DNA of 64,000 nucleotides from positions 183,653-247,652 of the forward strand of contig JAPKYK010000002.1 in NCBI GenBank assembly GCA_026394395.1, written 5' to 3'. Numbering within the stretch: the first letter of the stretch is position 1; each line of letters opens with the position of its first letter. The translations under genes and the position numbers were made by a program. The DNA comes from Methanomassiliicoccales archaeon (GTDB taxonomy: Archaea > Thermoplasmatota > Thermoplasmata > Methanomassiliicoccales > UBA472). Shown one piece after another: positions 37,098-45,297 of this stretch. The notes below the pieces were generated by a model. That model had not been told where the DNA came from. It made no database searches and was given only the letters and a program-made list of their open reading frames with translations.

Positions 37098-37948
37098 TGG
37101 ACCGGAGGACCAAGGAACTGGTCTACTTCAGCGCCTTCCGTCTCTGCGCCCTGCTGGTGGTGCTCGCGTTGGTGGTGCTCATCGGCTACATCGCCACCGG
37201 CGGACTGGAGCGCCTAAGCGTCGAGTTCCTCACGGAGATGCCCCGCCGGGCCAACACCCAGGGTGGGATACTCCCGGCCATCGTGGGCACCTTCTACCTC
37301 ATGGTCATCGTACTGTTGGTCTCCGTCCCCATCGGGGTCATGTCCGCCATATACCTGGTGGAGTACGAGCAGAGCTCCTGGATGGGCCGGGTGTTCAAGC
37401 TGGCCGTCTACAACCTGGCCGGCGTTCCGTCGATAGTGTACGGGCTGCTCGGCCTGAGTATATTCGTGGCCTACCTGGGCCTAGGCTTCTCCCTGATCTC
37501 CGCTGGACTGACCTTGAGCATAATGGCACTGCCATTGATGATCACCGCCTCACGGGAAGCGCTCGCCGCCGTGCCGAATTCATTGAGGGAGGCCTCCCTG
37601 GCCCTGGGCGCTACCAAATGGCAGACCATCTGGCATCACGTACTGCCCTACGCTATGCCCGGCATATTGACCGGGATGATTCTCTCCGTGTCCCGGGCCG
37701 CCGGGGAGACCGCCCCGCTAATGTTGACCGGGGTGGCCATGTCCCTGCAGACGTTGCCGGACAGCTTCTCCGACAGCTTCATGGCCCTACCGTACCACGT
37801 TTTCTACATGGCCACGCAATCGTCCGACCTGCTGGCCACCAGGCCCATTCAATACGCCACCGCGCTGGTGCTGCTGTTGCTGGTGCTGGGCATGAACCTG
37901 ATAGCCATAGTGATGAGGAAAAGATATCGCGACAAGTACAAGTGGTGA
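37097..37948 (+). CDS. pstA: Phosphate ABC transporter permease
   Basis: 283 aa with [25 protein letters not shown] overlap with pstC. Confidence 0.9.
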   Translation: MDRRTKELVYFSAFRLCALLVVLALVVLIGYIATGGLERLSVEFLTEMPRRANTQGGILPAIVGTFYLMVIVLLVSVPIGVMSAIYLVEYEQSSWMGRVFKLAVYNLAGVPSIVYGLLGLSIFVAYLGLGFSLISAGLTLSIMALPLMITASREALAAVPNSLREASLALGATKWQTIWHHVLPYAMPGILTGMILSVSRAAGETAPLMLTGVAMSLQTLPDSFSDSFMALPYHVFYMATQSSDLLATRPIQYATALVLLLLVLGMNLIAIVMRKRYRDKYKW

Positions 37949-37950
37949 AC

Positions 37951-38742
37951 ATGACGACCGCAATCCATACTGACGACCTGCACGTATACTTCGAGAAGAA
38001 CCACGCCCTGAAAGGCGTGAACATGGACATACGGAAGAACGAGGTGACCTCGGTCATCGGCCCTTCTGGGTGCGGCAAATCGACGTTCATCCGCTGCATC
38101 AACCGCATGAACGACCTGATACCTGGGTGCACGGTGAAGGGGAAGGTCATCGTGGACGATCAAGACGTCAATAGCGATGAGGTGGACGTGGTGGACGTGC
38201 GCCGCCGCATCGGCATGGTGTTCCAGAAACCCAACCCCTTCCCTAAGAGCATCTACGAGAACGTGGCGTACGCGCCTCGGTTGCACGGGGTGACGGAAGA
38301 GGTGAACGGTAAGATACGCCGACGCAAGCACACTAAGAAGGAGCTGGACGAGATCGTGGAGAGGTCGCTGCGCCGAGCCGCGCTGTGGGACGAGGTCAAG
38401 GACCGCCTGGACAAGGGTGGGATGTCGCTGTCCGGCGGGCAGCAGCAGAGGCTGTGCATCGCCAGGACTCTCTCCATAGATCCGGAGATAATCTTGTTCG
38501 ATGAGCCGTGCTCGTCCCTCGACCCCATCGCTACAGCGAAGATAGAGGACCTGCTGGTGGACCTGAAGAACGATTACACCGTGGTCATCGTCACGCACAG
38601 CATGCAGCAGGCCGCGCGCATCTCCGATAGGACGGCCTTCTTCTATCTGGGCGATATGATCGAGATGGGAGAGACCAAACAGATATTCGAGAAGCCGCAG
38701 AAGGAGCTGACCGAGCATTACATAACCGGGAGGATGGGCTGA
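37951..38742 (+). CDS. pstB: Phosphate ABC transporter ATP-binding protein
   Basis: The real start is ATG 37951 ([14 protein letters not shown]...); the track ORF is over-extended to 37618. Walker [19 protein letters not shown] and Walker B ILFDEP are present. Confidence 0.95.
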   Translation: MTTAIHTDDLHVYFEKNHALKGVNMDIRKNEVTSVIGPSGCGKSTFIRCINRMNDLIPGCTVKGKVIVDDQDVNSDEVDVVDVRRRIGMVFQKPNPFPKSIYENVAYAPRLHGVTEEVNGKIRRRKHTKKELDEIVERSLRRAALWDEVKDRLDKGGMSLSGGQQQRLCIARTLSIDPEIILFDEPCSSLDPIATAKIEDLLVDLKNDYTVVIVTHSMQQAARISDRTAFFYLGDMIEMGETKQIFEKPQKELTEHYITGRMG

Positions 38743-39479
38743 TGACGCCGAGGACGACCTTCAACCATGAGATGGAGGAGCTGAACAAGGAGATAACCGA
38801 GATGGCCAACGCCTCCAAGACGGCCTTCGAGAGAGCGGTGAGGATGATCACGGACACGGACTTCTCCCTGCGCGAGGACGTCCGCGAGCTGGACCATCGC
38901 ATCTACGAGCTGAACGAGCAGATAGACCGGCACTGCCTGGACATTATTGCTTTGCATTCGCCGGTGGCCGGCGACCTGCGCACGGTAAGCGCCTGCCTGA
39001 AGATGATCGAGGACCTGAACCGCTTCGGCCGCTACGCCCGGGACATCGCCGAGCTCATCGACGACTTCGAGGAGGGTAAAGCGTTCAAGAGCTTCGAGTC
39101 GCTGCGCAACATGTCCTGTCTCGTCGTCGGTATGGTGGACGACGCGGTATACTCCTTCCTGCAAAGGGACGCGGAGAAAGCGTCCCACCTGCACGAGCGG
39201 GACGACGCCGTGGACGCCCTCTACGACACCATATTCCGAGAAATACTAACGTACATGATGGAGGACCCCCACAAGATCACTGTGGGCATCGACCTGATAT
39301 TGGTCGCTCGCTACATGGAGCGGGTGGCCGACCACGCCTGCAACATCGGGGAGTACGTCTTCTATATGGTTACGGGCGAGCGCCTGGACCCCAAGGCCAG
39401 GTCCGGGAACCTGGAACCGGACGTCTGCTCGAGGACGCTGGACCATCCCGCGCCCCGTAACGAGCTGGACGAGAAGTGA
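38742..39479 (+). CDS. phoU: Phosphate transport system regulator PhoU
   Basis: 245 aa with two PhoU repeats (ERVADHACNIGE). TGATG overlap with pstB. Confidence 0.9.
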   Translation: MTPRTTFNHEMEELNKEITEMANASKTAFERAVRMITDTDFSLREDVRELDHRIYELNEQIDRHCLDIIALHSPVAGDLRTVSACLKMIEDLNRFGRYARDIAELIDDFEEGKAFKSFESLRNMSCLVVGMVDDAVYSFLQRDAEKASHLHERDDAVDALYDTIFREILTYMMEDPHKITVGIDLILVARYMERVADHACNIGEYVFYMVTGERLDPKARSGNLEPDVCSRTLDHPAPRNELDEK

Positions 39480-39555
39480 GACGCATCGTACAGGACGCCC
39501 AACACCCAAAAGACATAATACTGTTCAGTTCCCATGACCAATCGGAGATATTCAT

Positions 39556-40017
39556 ATGAGCGAATGCCGCAGGAAGGCCGAGAAGGCCGTCAAGGAACTG
39601 GGCGAGCAGATGGGCGGTTACGTGCCACCGACTTTGCACCACATCAAGAACAACCACCCCGCCCTGGCGGTCATCATCAAGGACATGGACTGCGTGATCA
39701 ACACCGACGGCGCCCTGGACCGCAAGACCAAGCGCCTCATCGCCCTGGCCTGCGTCTCCGTGCGCATGTGCGAAGGCTGCATCTATCCGCAAGCGAAGGT
39801 AGCCAAGAACTGCGGGGCCACGCGCGAGGAGATCATGGAGGCTTTGAACATCGCCGTGCTCACCGGTGGCGTGCCGTCCTGGTCCACCGCCAGAGTAGGC
39901 ATCACCGAGCTGTTCGAGGAGTGGGACGCCGAGGATGCCGAGAAGGCTAAAATGAAGGCTAAGAAAGCTCCGGCCAAGGCCAAGCCCAAGGCTAAGAAGA
40001 CAACGGCAAAGAAGTGA
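39556..40017 (+). CDS. Carboxymuconolactone decarboxylase (AhpD-like) family protein with Lys/Ala-rich C-terminal tail
   Basis: 153 aa. CMD-like core with a CEGC motif (VRMCEGCIYPQAK). The last ~25 aa are KAKMKAKKAPAKAKPKAKKTTAKK. Confidence 0.7.
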   Translation: MSECRRKAEKAVKELGEQMGGYVPPTLHHIKNNHPALAVIIKDMDCVINTDGALDRKTKRLIALACVSVRMCEGCIYPQAKVAKNCGATREEIMEALNIAVLTGGVPSWSTARVGITELFEEWDAEDAEKAKMKAKKAPAKAKPKAKKTTAKK

Positions 40018-40131
40018 ACCAGTCACTTCTTTATTTTCCCTTTTTTATCCTTTATTATATTGTAAAATTTATTCTTATATTAAAAAAGCTTTTATAATGC
40101 ATGTCCATCACATCACTCTGGAGAAATCAAT

Positions 40132-40476
40132 TTGGCCTATAGACCCAACAGGAACAAGAGCAAGGCGGGAAAACCGAATCGTAACCGGGACCGAGACCGA
40201 GACTCGACCCGTGTCGGTATGCTCAACTTGCGTCGCCTGGGGGAGTTCAGGTACGATGTCCGCGAGCTGTTCGTGCAGAACCAGATGGACCCGGACCTAG
40301 CCACCACGTTCCTGGCCAGCATTATTGCGAAAGCCTCCCGCCAGAGCATCAGGGAGGCCAAGGACTTCGTGCGCGACCAGATGGACGCCACGATCATAAC
40401 CAAAGAGGTCTCCGACGGCATCTGCTACCTTTTGGACCGCTACACCAAGTACCAGACCCAGCAGACCGGGGATTAA
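40132..40476 (+). CDS. Hypothetical protein with a strongly basic N-terminus
   Basis: 114-aa ORF (MAYRPNRNKSKAGKPNRNRDRDRD...), preceded by an AT-rich promoter-like region (40020-40100). No family was recognised. Confidence 0.5.
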   Translation: MAYRPNRNKSKAGKPNRNRDRDRDSTRVGMLNLRRLGEFRYDVRELFVQNQMDPDLATTFLASIIAKASRQSIREAKDFVRDQMDATIITKEVSDGICYLLDRYTKYQTQQTGD

Positions 40477-40578
40477 GGGCTTCCATCATCGCTCCATTCT
40501 CACTTTCTACCGATTCTCGTTTTTCTCAAACGCGTCGATACTTTTATCTTTAGACCGAAATATCAAATTTCGGGGGAA

Positions 40579-41478
40579 GTGGAGACATTGTCCAACGATT
40601 CGAAGGTCTGGCAGGTACTATTGGTAGCCGCGTTGATGGTCGGGACGACTTGGGGGGTTCTGCTGATCGGCGCGCAGAATGAACCAGACGAGCCCGGCCT
40701 GCCATCATTGGAACCGATTATGCTGACTTACGAGGTCGATGGCACTTACAACGGCACCGAGGTGAACGGCTCGTTCGAAATGCAGATCACGATCAGCGAC
40801 GACAACGGTCTGGGATATATCGCGGAACAGCACAACGTCACCGGGAACATCGGCGACCTGGCCTATTATTCCTTCGGGATCCTGGGCTATGGGACCTATC
40901 TGGACGATGCTTTCTTAGAGACGCTCTGGGGGGAGAAGGCGATCCATAGGTATCTGGAATTCGCCATCATCCTGCCCTCGTTGATGTCCTCGGTGTGCGT
41001 GTGCCATCGGGGAGCCCACACCGGCCTGGCCTATCGCGTTTACCTGATAGCCCCCGATATGAGGGTGAAATATGAACTGGTGAACATCAGCATCACCGGG
41101 ATGGAGGAGCTGGACCTGAACCACCGCGGGGACGCGCAAGGGTTCCCCCGGGCTCGCCACGTGGACGTGGAGATCGTCGGCAACAACTTCGTCGGCAACA
41201 GCGACGGAGGGCCGGTTTGCCTGGTAGAACCTAACGTGGGCGAAGATATCCAGTTCAACTTCACCGCCACCAACTACACATGCCTCATCTGCGACGAGGA
41301 GGACATCTGGAACATGGTGAACGGCGGAGAGTTCCAGTACAACACGGATTGGTCGGTCGTCGGCAATGGCAGCGTGGAGTTCCTGATCGAGGACCAGATG
41401 GTGTACTATATGGTCTTCCCTACCGAGGAAGGTCCCGGGGCGACGGCGCATCTGCTGATTACCGTTTTGGACGAGTAG
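40579..41478 (+). CDS. Uncharacterised N-terminally membrane-anchored extracytoplasmic protein (paralog A)
   Basis: 299 aa with a GTG start and one N-terminal TM helix (VWQVLLVAALMVGTTWGVLLIG). It shares collinear motifs with the convergent gene 41526-42413. Confidence 0.7.
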   Translation: METLSNDSKVWQVLLVAALMVGTTWGVLLIGAQNEPDEPGLPSLEPIMLTYEVDGTYNGTEVNGSFEMQITISDDNGLGYIAEQHNVTGNIGDLAYYSFGILGYGTYLDDAFLETLWGEKAIHRYLEFAIILPSLMSSVCVCHRGAHTGLAYRVYLIAPDMRVKYELVNISITGMEELDLNHRGDAQGFPRARHVDVEIVGNNFVGNSDGGPVCLVEPNVGEDIQFNFTATNYTCLICDEEDIWNMVNGGEFQYNTDWSVVGNGSVEFLIEDQMVYYMVFPTEEGPGATAHLLITVLDE

Positions 41479-41495
41479 GAGTAACTATTAGGGTC

Positions 41496-41515
41496 TGAGG
41501 GCTAGAACGCCCTCA
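41496..41515. terminator. Hairpin between convergent paralogs (possible bidirectional terminator)
   Basis: TGAGGGC (41496-41502), loop TAGAAC, GCCCTCA (41509-41515). This is a 7-bp perfect stem centred in the 47-nt gap between two stop codons. Confidence 0.4.
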
Positions 41516-41525
41516 TACTTTCAGT

Positions 41526-42413
41526 TCATTCCTCCAAGATGGTAATATTGATCTCACCATGTGGGGTCCCGTCGCCATACTGCCCAATGTAGACCAAGGT
41601 CAACCCCTCCCCTATTTCAAATTCCAGGCTACCGTTACCTATCAAGGACCGTTCCTCGTCATAAATGTAACTATGTCCCTCGACCATGGCCGATATGTCG
41701 GCTCCGCCGATGGTGTACAGTGACGTGTTCATGGAATTGAAATGCACGACATAGTCCCGTCCCTTAGGGGGCTCGAATATCGTCCAGGCCGAGCCTGCTC
41801 CCATTATGAAGGCCTCATCATTCCGCAGTTGACGGGAATGGGTCACGATGGTGTTCTCCATCACGTTCCTATACGTATTCTCCAGATCCAGGTCCCAGAT
41901 GGACGAGAAATTGGCCTGGCTTAGCTTGACCTCTATGTGGTAATCGGGCTTTATCAGATCGGTCCGGTAGATGAGGTCGGAGTCGACCCCCCGATATTGC
42001 ACCGACATCCCCGCCACCTGGTCCTCGTAAAGGAATCCTAGGTATCGGTCGACCGCCTTCGTTCCCCACGGCGTCTCAATCGTGACCGTGTCCAAATAGC
42101 CCATGTCCCCGGTACCGCGGCCTTGGGGCAGCCCCTCATAATCATTGACCAGGTCCTCGTACCACCATCTGACCGTTGAGAAGTACCAATCACCATCTAT
42201 GTGAAATTCGACTCCGTACTCCCCCAGGGATTGTATCTGGTAATTATTTCTGACCGTATAGGTCAGAGCGCCGTATTCGGGAAGGGACGGCGCCTCGTTC
42301 TCCCCGCCTATCATGAAGGCCGCTCCCCCGGTTGCCACGATCAACGTAGCTACTATCAAGATCGCCCCGTTCCTCGAATGATCGGATACCAATTCAGCTT
42401 CCCTGAAATTCAC
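41526..42413 (-). CDS. Uncharacterised N-terminally membrane-anchored extracytoplasmic protein (paralog B)
   Basis: 295 aa with one N-terminal TM helix (GAILIVATLIVATGGAAFMIGG). Motifs are shared with paralog A: PSLPEYGALTYTV/PSLEPIMLTYEV, ETPWGTKAVDRYLGF/ETLWGEKAIHRYLEF, GNGSLEFEI/GNGSVEFLI, and the ends ITILEE/ITVLDE. Confidence 0.7.
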   Translation of the reverse strand: MNFREAELVSDHSRNGAILIVATLIVATGGAAFMIGGENEAPSLPEYGALTYTVRNNYQIQSLGEYGVEFHIDGDWYFSTVRWWYEDLVNDYEGLPQGRGTGDMGYLDTVTIETPWGTKAVDRYLGFLYEDQVAGMSVQYRGVDSDLIYRTDLIKPDYHIEVKLSQANFSSIWDLDLENTYRNVMENTIVTHSRQLRNDEAFIMGAGSAWTIFEPPKGRDYVVHFNSMNTSLYTIGGADISAMVEGHSYIYDEERSLIGNGSLEFEIGEGLTLVYIGQYGDGTPHGEINITILEE

Positions 42414-42522
42414 AGTCCTCGAGCAGATAATAAAACTATCTTCTGATTTTAATTTTTATAAAAAGGCAACTTGTTAATAATATTCACTGATAATAATAGA
42501 TATTGAAATGGATTGAAAGGGT

Positions 42523-43722
42523 TTATTTTCCTTTGGCGGCCTTCCAGGCCTTCTCCAGGTCCTTGCGGGCGACGGTCTCCAGAACATATTTTCCGAACTG
42601 CTCGCCGGTAGCGCCGTCGGAACGTCCGGTGATCTTGACCTTCTTTTCGAACTGAGTGCACAGGTCCAGGGTCATCTCCAGCTTGCTGGCCTTCTCCACA
42701 TAGCCTACATGGTTAAGCAGCATCGCCGCAGCCTTTATTATCGAGCTGGGGTCGGCGTATTGGGCGCGCCCTTCCTCCACCATGCGCGGCGCGGTGCCGT
42801 GTATCGCTTCGAACATAGCGTAGCGCGAACCGATGTTGGCGCTGCCTGCCGTGCCTACGCCGCCCTGGATCTGAGCGGCCTCGTCGGTGATGATATCCCC
42901 GTACAAGTTAGGCAGCACCACGACCTTGAACTCCGAGCGGCGGTAGGGGTCTATGAGCTTCGCGGTCATGATGTCGATGAACCAGTCGTCCCACTTGACC
43001 TCCGGGTACTCCTTGGCCACGCGCTCGGCTGTGCTCAGGAACTTGCCGTCCGTTTTCTTTATCACGTTGGCCTTGGTGACCACCGTCAAACGGTTCGAAC
43101 CGGTCTTCCGTGCATGCTCGAAGGCCAGGCGTATGATGCGCTCGCACCCTTGCGTCGTAGCTACGGTGAAGTCGACGCTTATGTCGTCGTCCACGTCCAC
43201 GCCTTTGCTTCCCAGGACGTACGCCCCCTCGGTGTTCTCCCGGAAGAATATCCAGTCTATGTTCTGCTCCGGGATGCGCACCGGCCGCACGTTAGCGAAG
43301 AGGTCCAGCTCCCGGCGCATAGCGATGTTAGCGGACTCGATGTTCGGCCAGCCGTCACCTTTCTTTGGCGTGGTGGTCGGTCCCTTCAGAATGACGTGGC
43401 ATTTCTTGAGCTCCCTCAGCACGTCGTCCGGGATGGCCTTGAGATGCTTCACCCGGTTCTCGATGGTCAGGCCGTCGATGGTCCTTATTTCTACCTTCCC
43501 GGCCTTGATCTCGTCCTTTAAAAGCTCCCTCAGCACGTTCTCCGCGTGCTTGCAGATATAAGTCCCGATGCCGTCGCCGCCGACGACCCCGATGACAATT
43601 TTGTTCAGTTTGGAATAATCCGTCCAGCTGGCGGAGGCCTTCATAGCCTCCACCCGGTCCAGCTGCTCCTTCAGGATCTTGCCGAAATGCTCCTTGGCGG
43701 CGTCAATGTCAACGTTCGTCAT
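42523..43722 (-). CDS. Isocitrate/isopropylmalate dehydrogenase family enzyme (most like isocitrate dehydrogenase)
   Basis: 399 aa with SANIAMRRELDLFANVRPV and NLYGDIITDEAAQIQGGVG, the beta-decarboxylating dehydrogenase signatures. Substrate assignment is tentative. Confidence 0.8.
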   Translation of the reverse strand: MTNVDIDAAKEHFGKILKEQLDRVEAMKASASWTDYSKLNKIVIGVVGGDGIGTYICKHAENVLRELLKDEIKAGKVEIRTIDGLTIENRVKHLKAIPDDVLRELKKCHVILKGPTTTPKKGDGWPNIESANIAMRRELDLFANVRPVRIPEQNIDWIFFRENTEGAYVLGSKGVDVDDDISVDFTVATTQGCERIIRLAFEHARKTGSNRLTVVTKANVIKKTDGKFLSTAERVAKEYPEVKWDDWFIDIMTAKLIDPYRRSEFKVVVLPNLYGDIITDEAAQIQGGVGTAGSANIGSRYAMFEAIHGTAPRMVEEGRAQYADPSSIIKAAAMLLNHVGYVEKASKLEMTLDLCTQFEKKVKITGRSDGATGEQFGKYVLETVARKDLEKAWKAAKGK

Positions 43723-44017
43723 CTTGACCAGGTGAAGGCTATCGATGAACGCATATTACATTTTTGGCCGAGAGGCGTTAATATGACGATTAGAACTTAG
43801 GAAAAACATCATCGCATAGGTGTGCGGTGGCTATAGAATTTATCGGCGTCCGGAAGGGACTGGTGGAGGATCAGATCGATAATCGTTCTGGGAGAGATAG
43901 TTTATGGGATGGGATTCGGTCCTCCGGACGCCTTAGCCTACAAGGCTAGGAATATTCGTAGTTCCGCGTTTATAAAGGATTGCCCGTCACTATCAAAAGG
44001 TTAGAACGAACCGTCCT

Positions 44018-44764
44018 TCACTTGGCCTTCCCCTGACTGGCCACCGCGTCCATGGCCTTCCTCACCGCATCCTGGTCTCCCAGGTAGTAGCTGCGGACCG
44101 CCCTCATGTCCTCGTCGAGCTCGTAGACCAGCGGCACGCCCGTCGGTATGTTCCGGGAGACGATCTCGGCGTCCGGAACGTTGTCCAAGTACTTCACCAG
44201 GGCGCGCAGGGAGTTGCCGTGGGCGGCGATGATGATCCGCTTTTCGTTCCTGAGCTCCGGAACGATCTGCTCCTTCCAGTAGGGGACGAAGCGCACAACG
44301 GTGTCCTTCAGGCACTCCGTTCCGGGGATGTCCTCCTCGGACATGTCGGCGTAGCGCCGGTCGTGGATGGGGTGCCGGGGGTCGTCCAGCTCCAAGACCG
44401 GCGGCCGAACGTCGTAAGCGCGCCGCCAGAGCAGAACCTGCTCCTCGCCGTACTTCTTGGCCATCTCGGACTTGTTCAGCCCTTGCAGCGCCCCGTAATG
44501 CTTCTCGTTCAACCGCCAGGATTTGTGAACGGGTATCCAGGAGTGGTCCATGTCCTCGAGGACGATGTCCAATGTCTTTATCGCCCGTTTCAGGACGGAG
44601 GTGAACGCCAGATCGAACTTGTATCCACCATCGATAAGCAAGCGGGCAGCCTCGTGCGCTTCCACTACTCCCTTCTCAGAAAGGCCGACGTCGGTCCAGC
44701 CGGTGAAGCGGTTCTCCTTGTTCCAGGTACTTTCCCCGTGGCGAAGCAGCACTACTTTAATCAT
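44018..44764 (-). CDS. gpmA: 2,3-bisphosphoglycerate-dependent phosphoglycerate mutase
   Basis: 248 aa with [18 protein letters not shown] (RHGE catalytic His) and [10 protein letters not shown]. Confidence 0.93.
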   Translation of the reverse strand: MIKVVLLRHGESTWNKENRFTGWTDVGLSEKGVVEAHEAARLLIDGGYKFDLAFTSVLKRAIKTLDIVLEDMDHSWIPVHKSWRLNEKHYGALQGLNKSEMAKKYGEEQVLLWRRAYDVRPPVLELDDPRHPIHDRRYADMSEEDIPGTECLKDTVVRFVPYWKEQIVPELRNEKRIIIAAHGNSLRALVKYLDNVPDAEIVSRNIPTGVPLVYELDEDMRAVRSYYLGDQDAVRKAMDAVASQGKAK

Positions 44765-44926
44765 CGCTATCCTGGCAACATATCATCCAGGGCATAAAAA
44801 CGCTTTCGCTTGATAAAATACCACCATGACCTGCATTGTGAGGCACGGTCTTTCCGTTCAATCATCGCTCATCCATTTTACAAGGTCGTTGTCAGCGATG
44901 GAAAAAGGGAAGAAAAAAAGTTTGCA

Positions 44927-45172
44927 TCATTTCGCTTTTGGAGTATACGATTTTGTGCTGAGATTGGTCACGGTCAGGGTTTTAGTTTCCAAATCCACCT
45001 GGACCCTTATGGTTATGTGCAAGCCCAAGGACGGTATGTAAAATTCCATGTCCTTGGGGTGGCCATGTGGGTTCATCTTCGGATCAAACACGTATTTAGG
45101 ATCCGGCGAGCAACTATCACCAACCTTGATCTGTCCTGCTGGGCAAATTACCATCTTCGAACATTCCCCCAT
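44927..45172 (-). CDS. Small hypothetical protein in an AT-rich islet
   Basis: 81-aa ORF (MGECSKMVICPAGQIKVGDSC...). TATA-like TTTATAAA/TTTAAAT sequences lie just upstream at 45195-45230. No family was recognised. The overlapping + strand ORF 44810-45175 is an alternative. Confidence 0.3.
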   Translation of the reverse strand: MGECSKMVICPAGQIKVGDSCSPDPKYVFDPKMNPHGHPKDMEFYIPSLGLHITIRVQVDLETKTLTVTNLSTKSYTPKAK

Positions 45173-45297
45173 TAATGGTATTTATTAAATTTACGGTGTA
45201 GTTTATAAAGCTTATTTAAATGAAGAGAAAATTATTTATATGGCGTTAACGGAAAAGCTCTAATTGCCCGTTAAAACAATGTAAACTCAGGGGGAAC

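Noticed and set aside
39543-39558. An identical 16-mer CGGAGATATTCATATG occurs at 39543-39558 (start of the CMD-family gene) and 57793-57808 (start of the BspA-LRR gene).
   Set aside because: I considered it as a repeat or recombination site. It consists only of a GGAG Shine-Dalgarno, an 8-nt AT-rich spacer and the ATG, with no similarity extending on either side. It is most simply a shared strong translation-initiation context.
43800-44017. There might be a tRNA or C/D-box sRNA in the gpmA-IDH spacer.
   Set aside because: There is no GTTCRANYC-type T-loop, cloverleaf, or RUGAUGA/CUGA box pair on either strand. Only the generic stem-loops reported as a low-interest finding are present.
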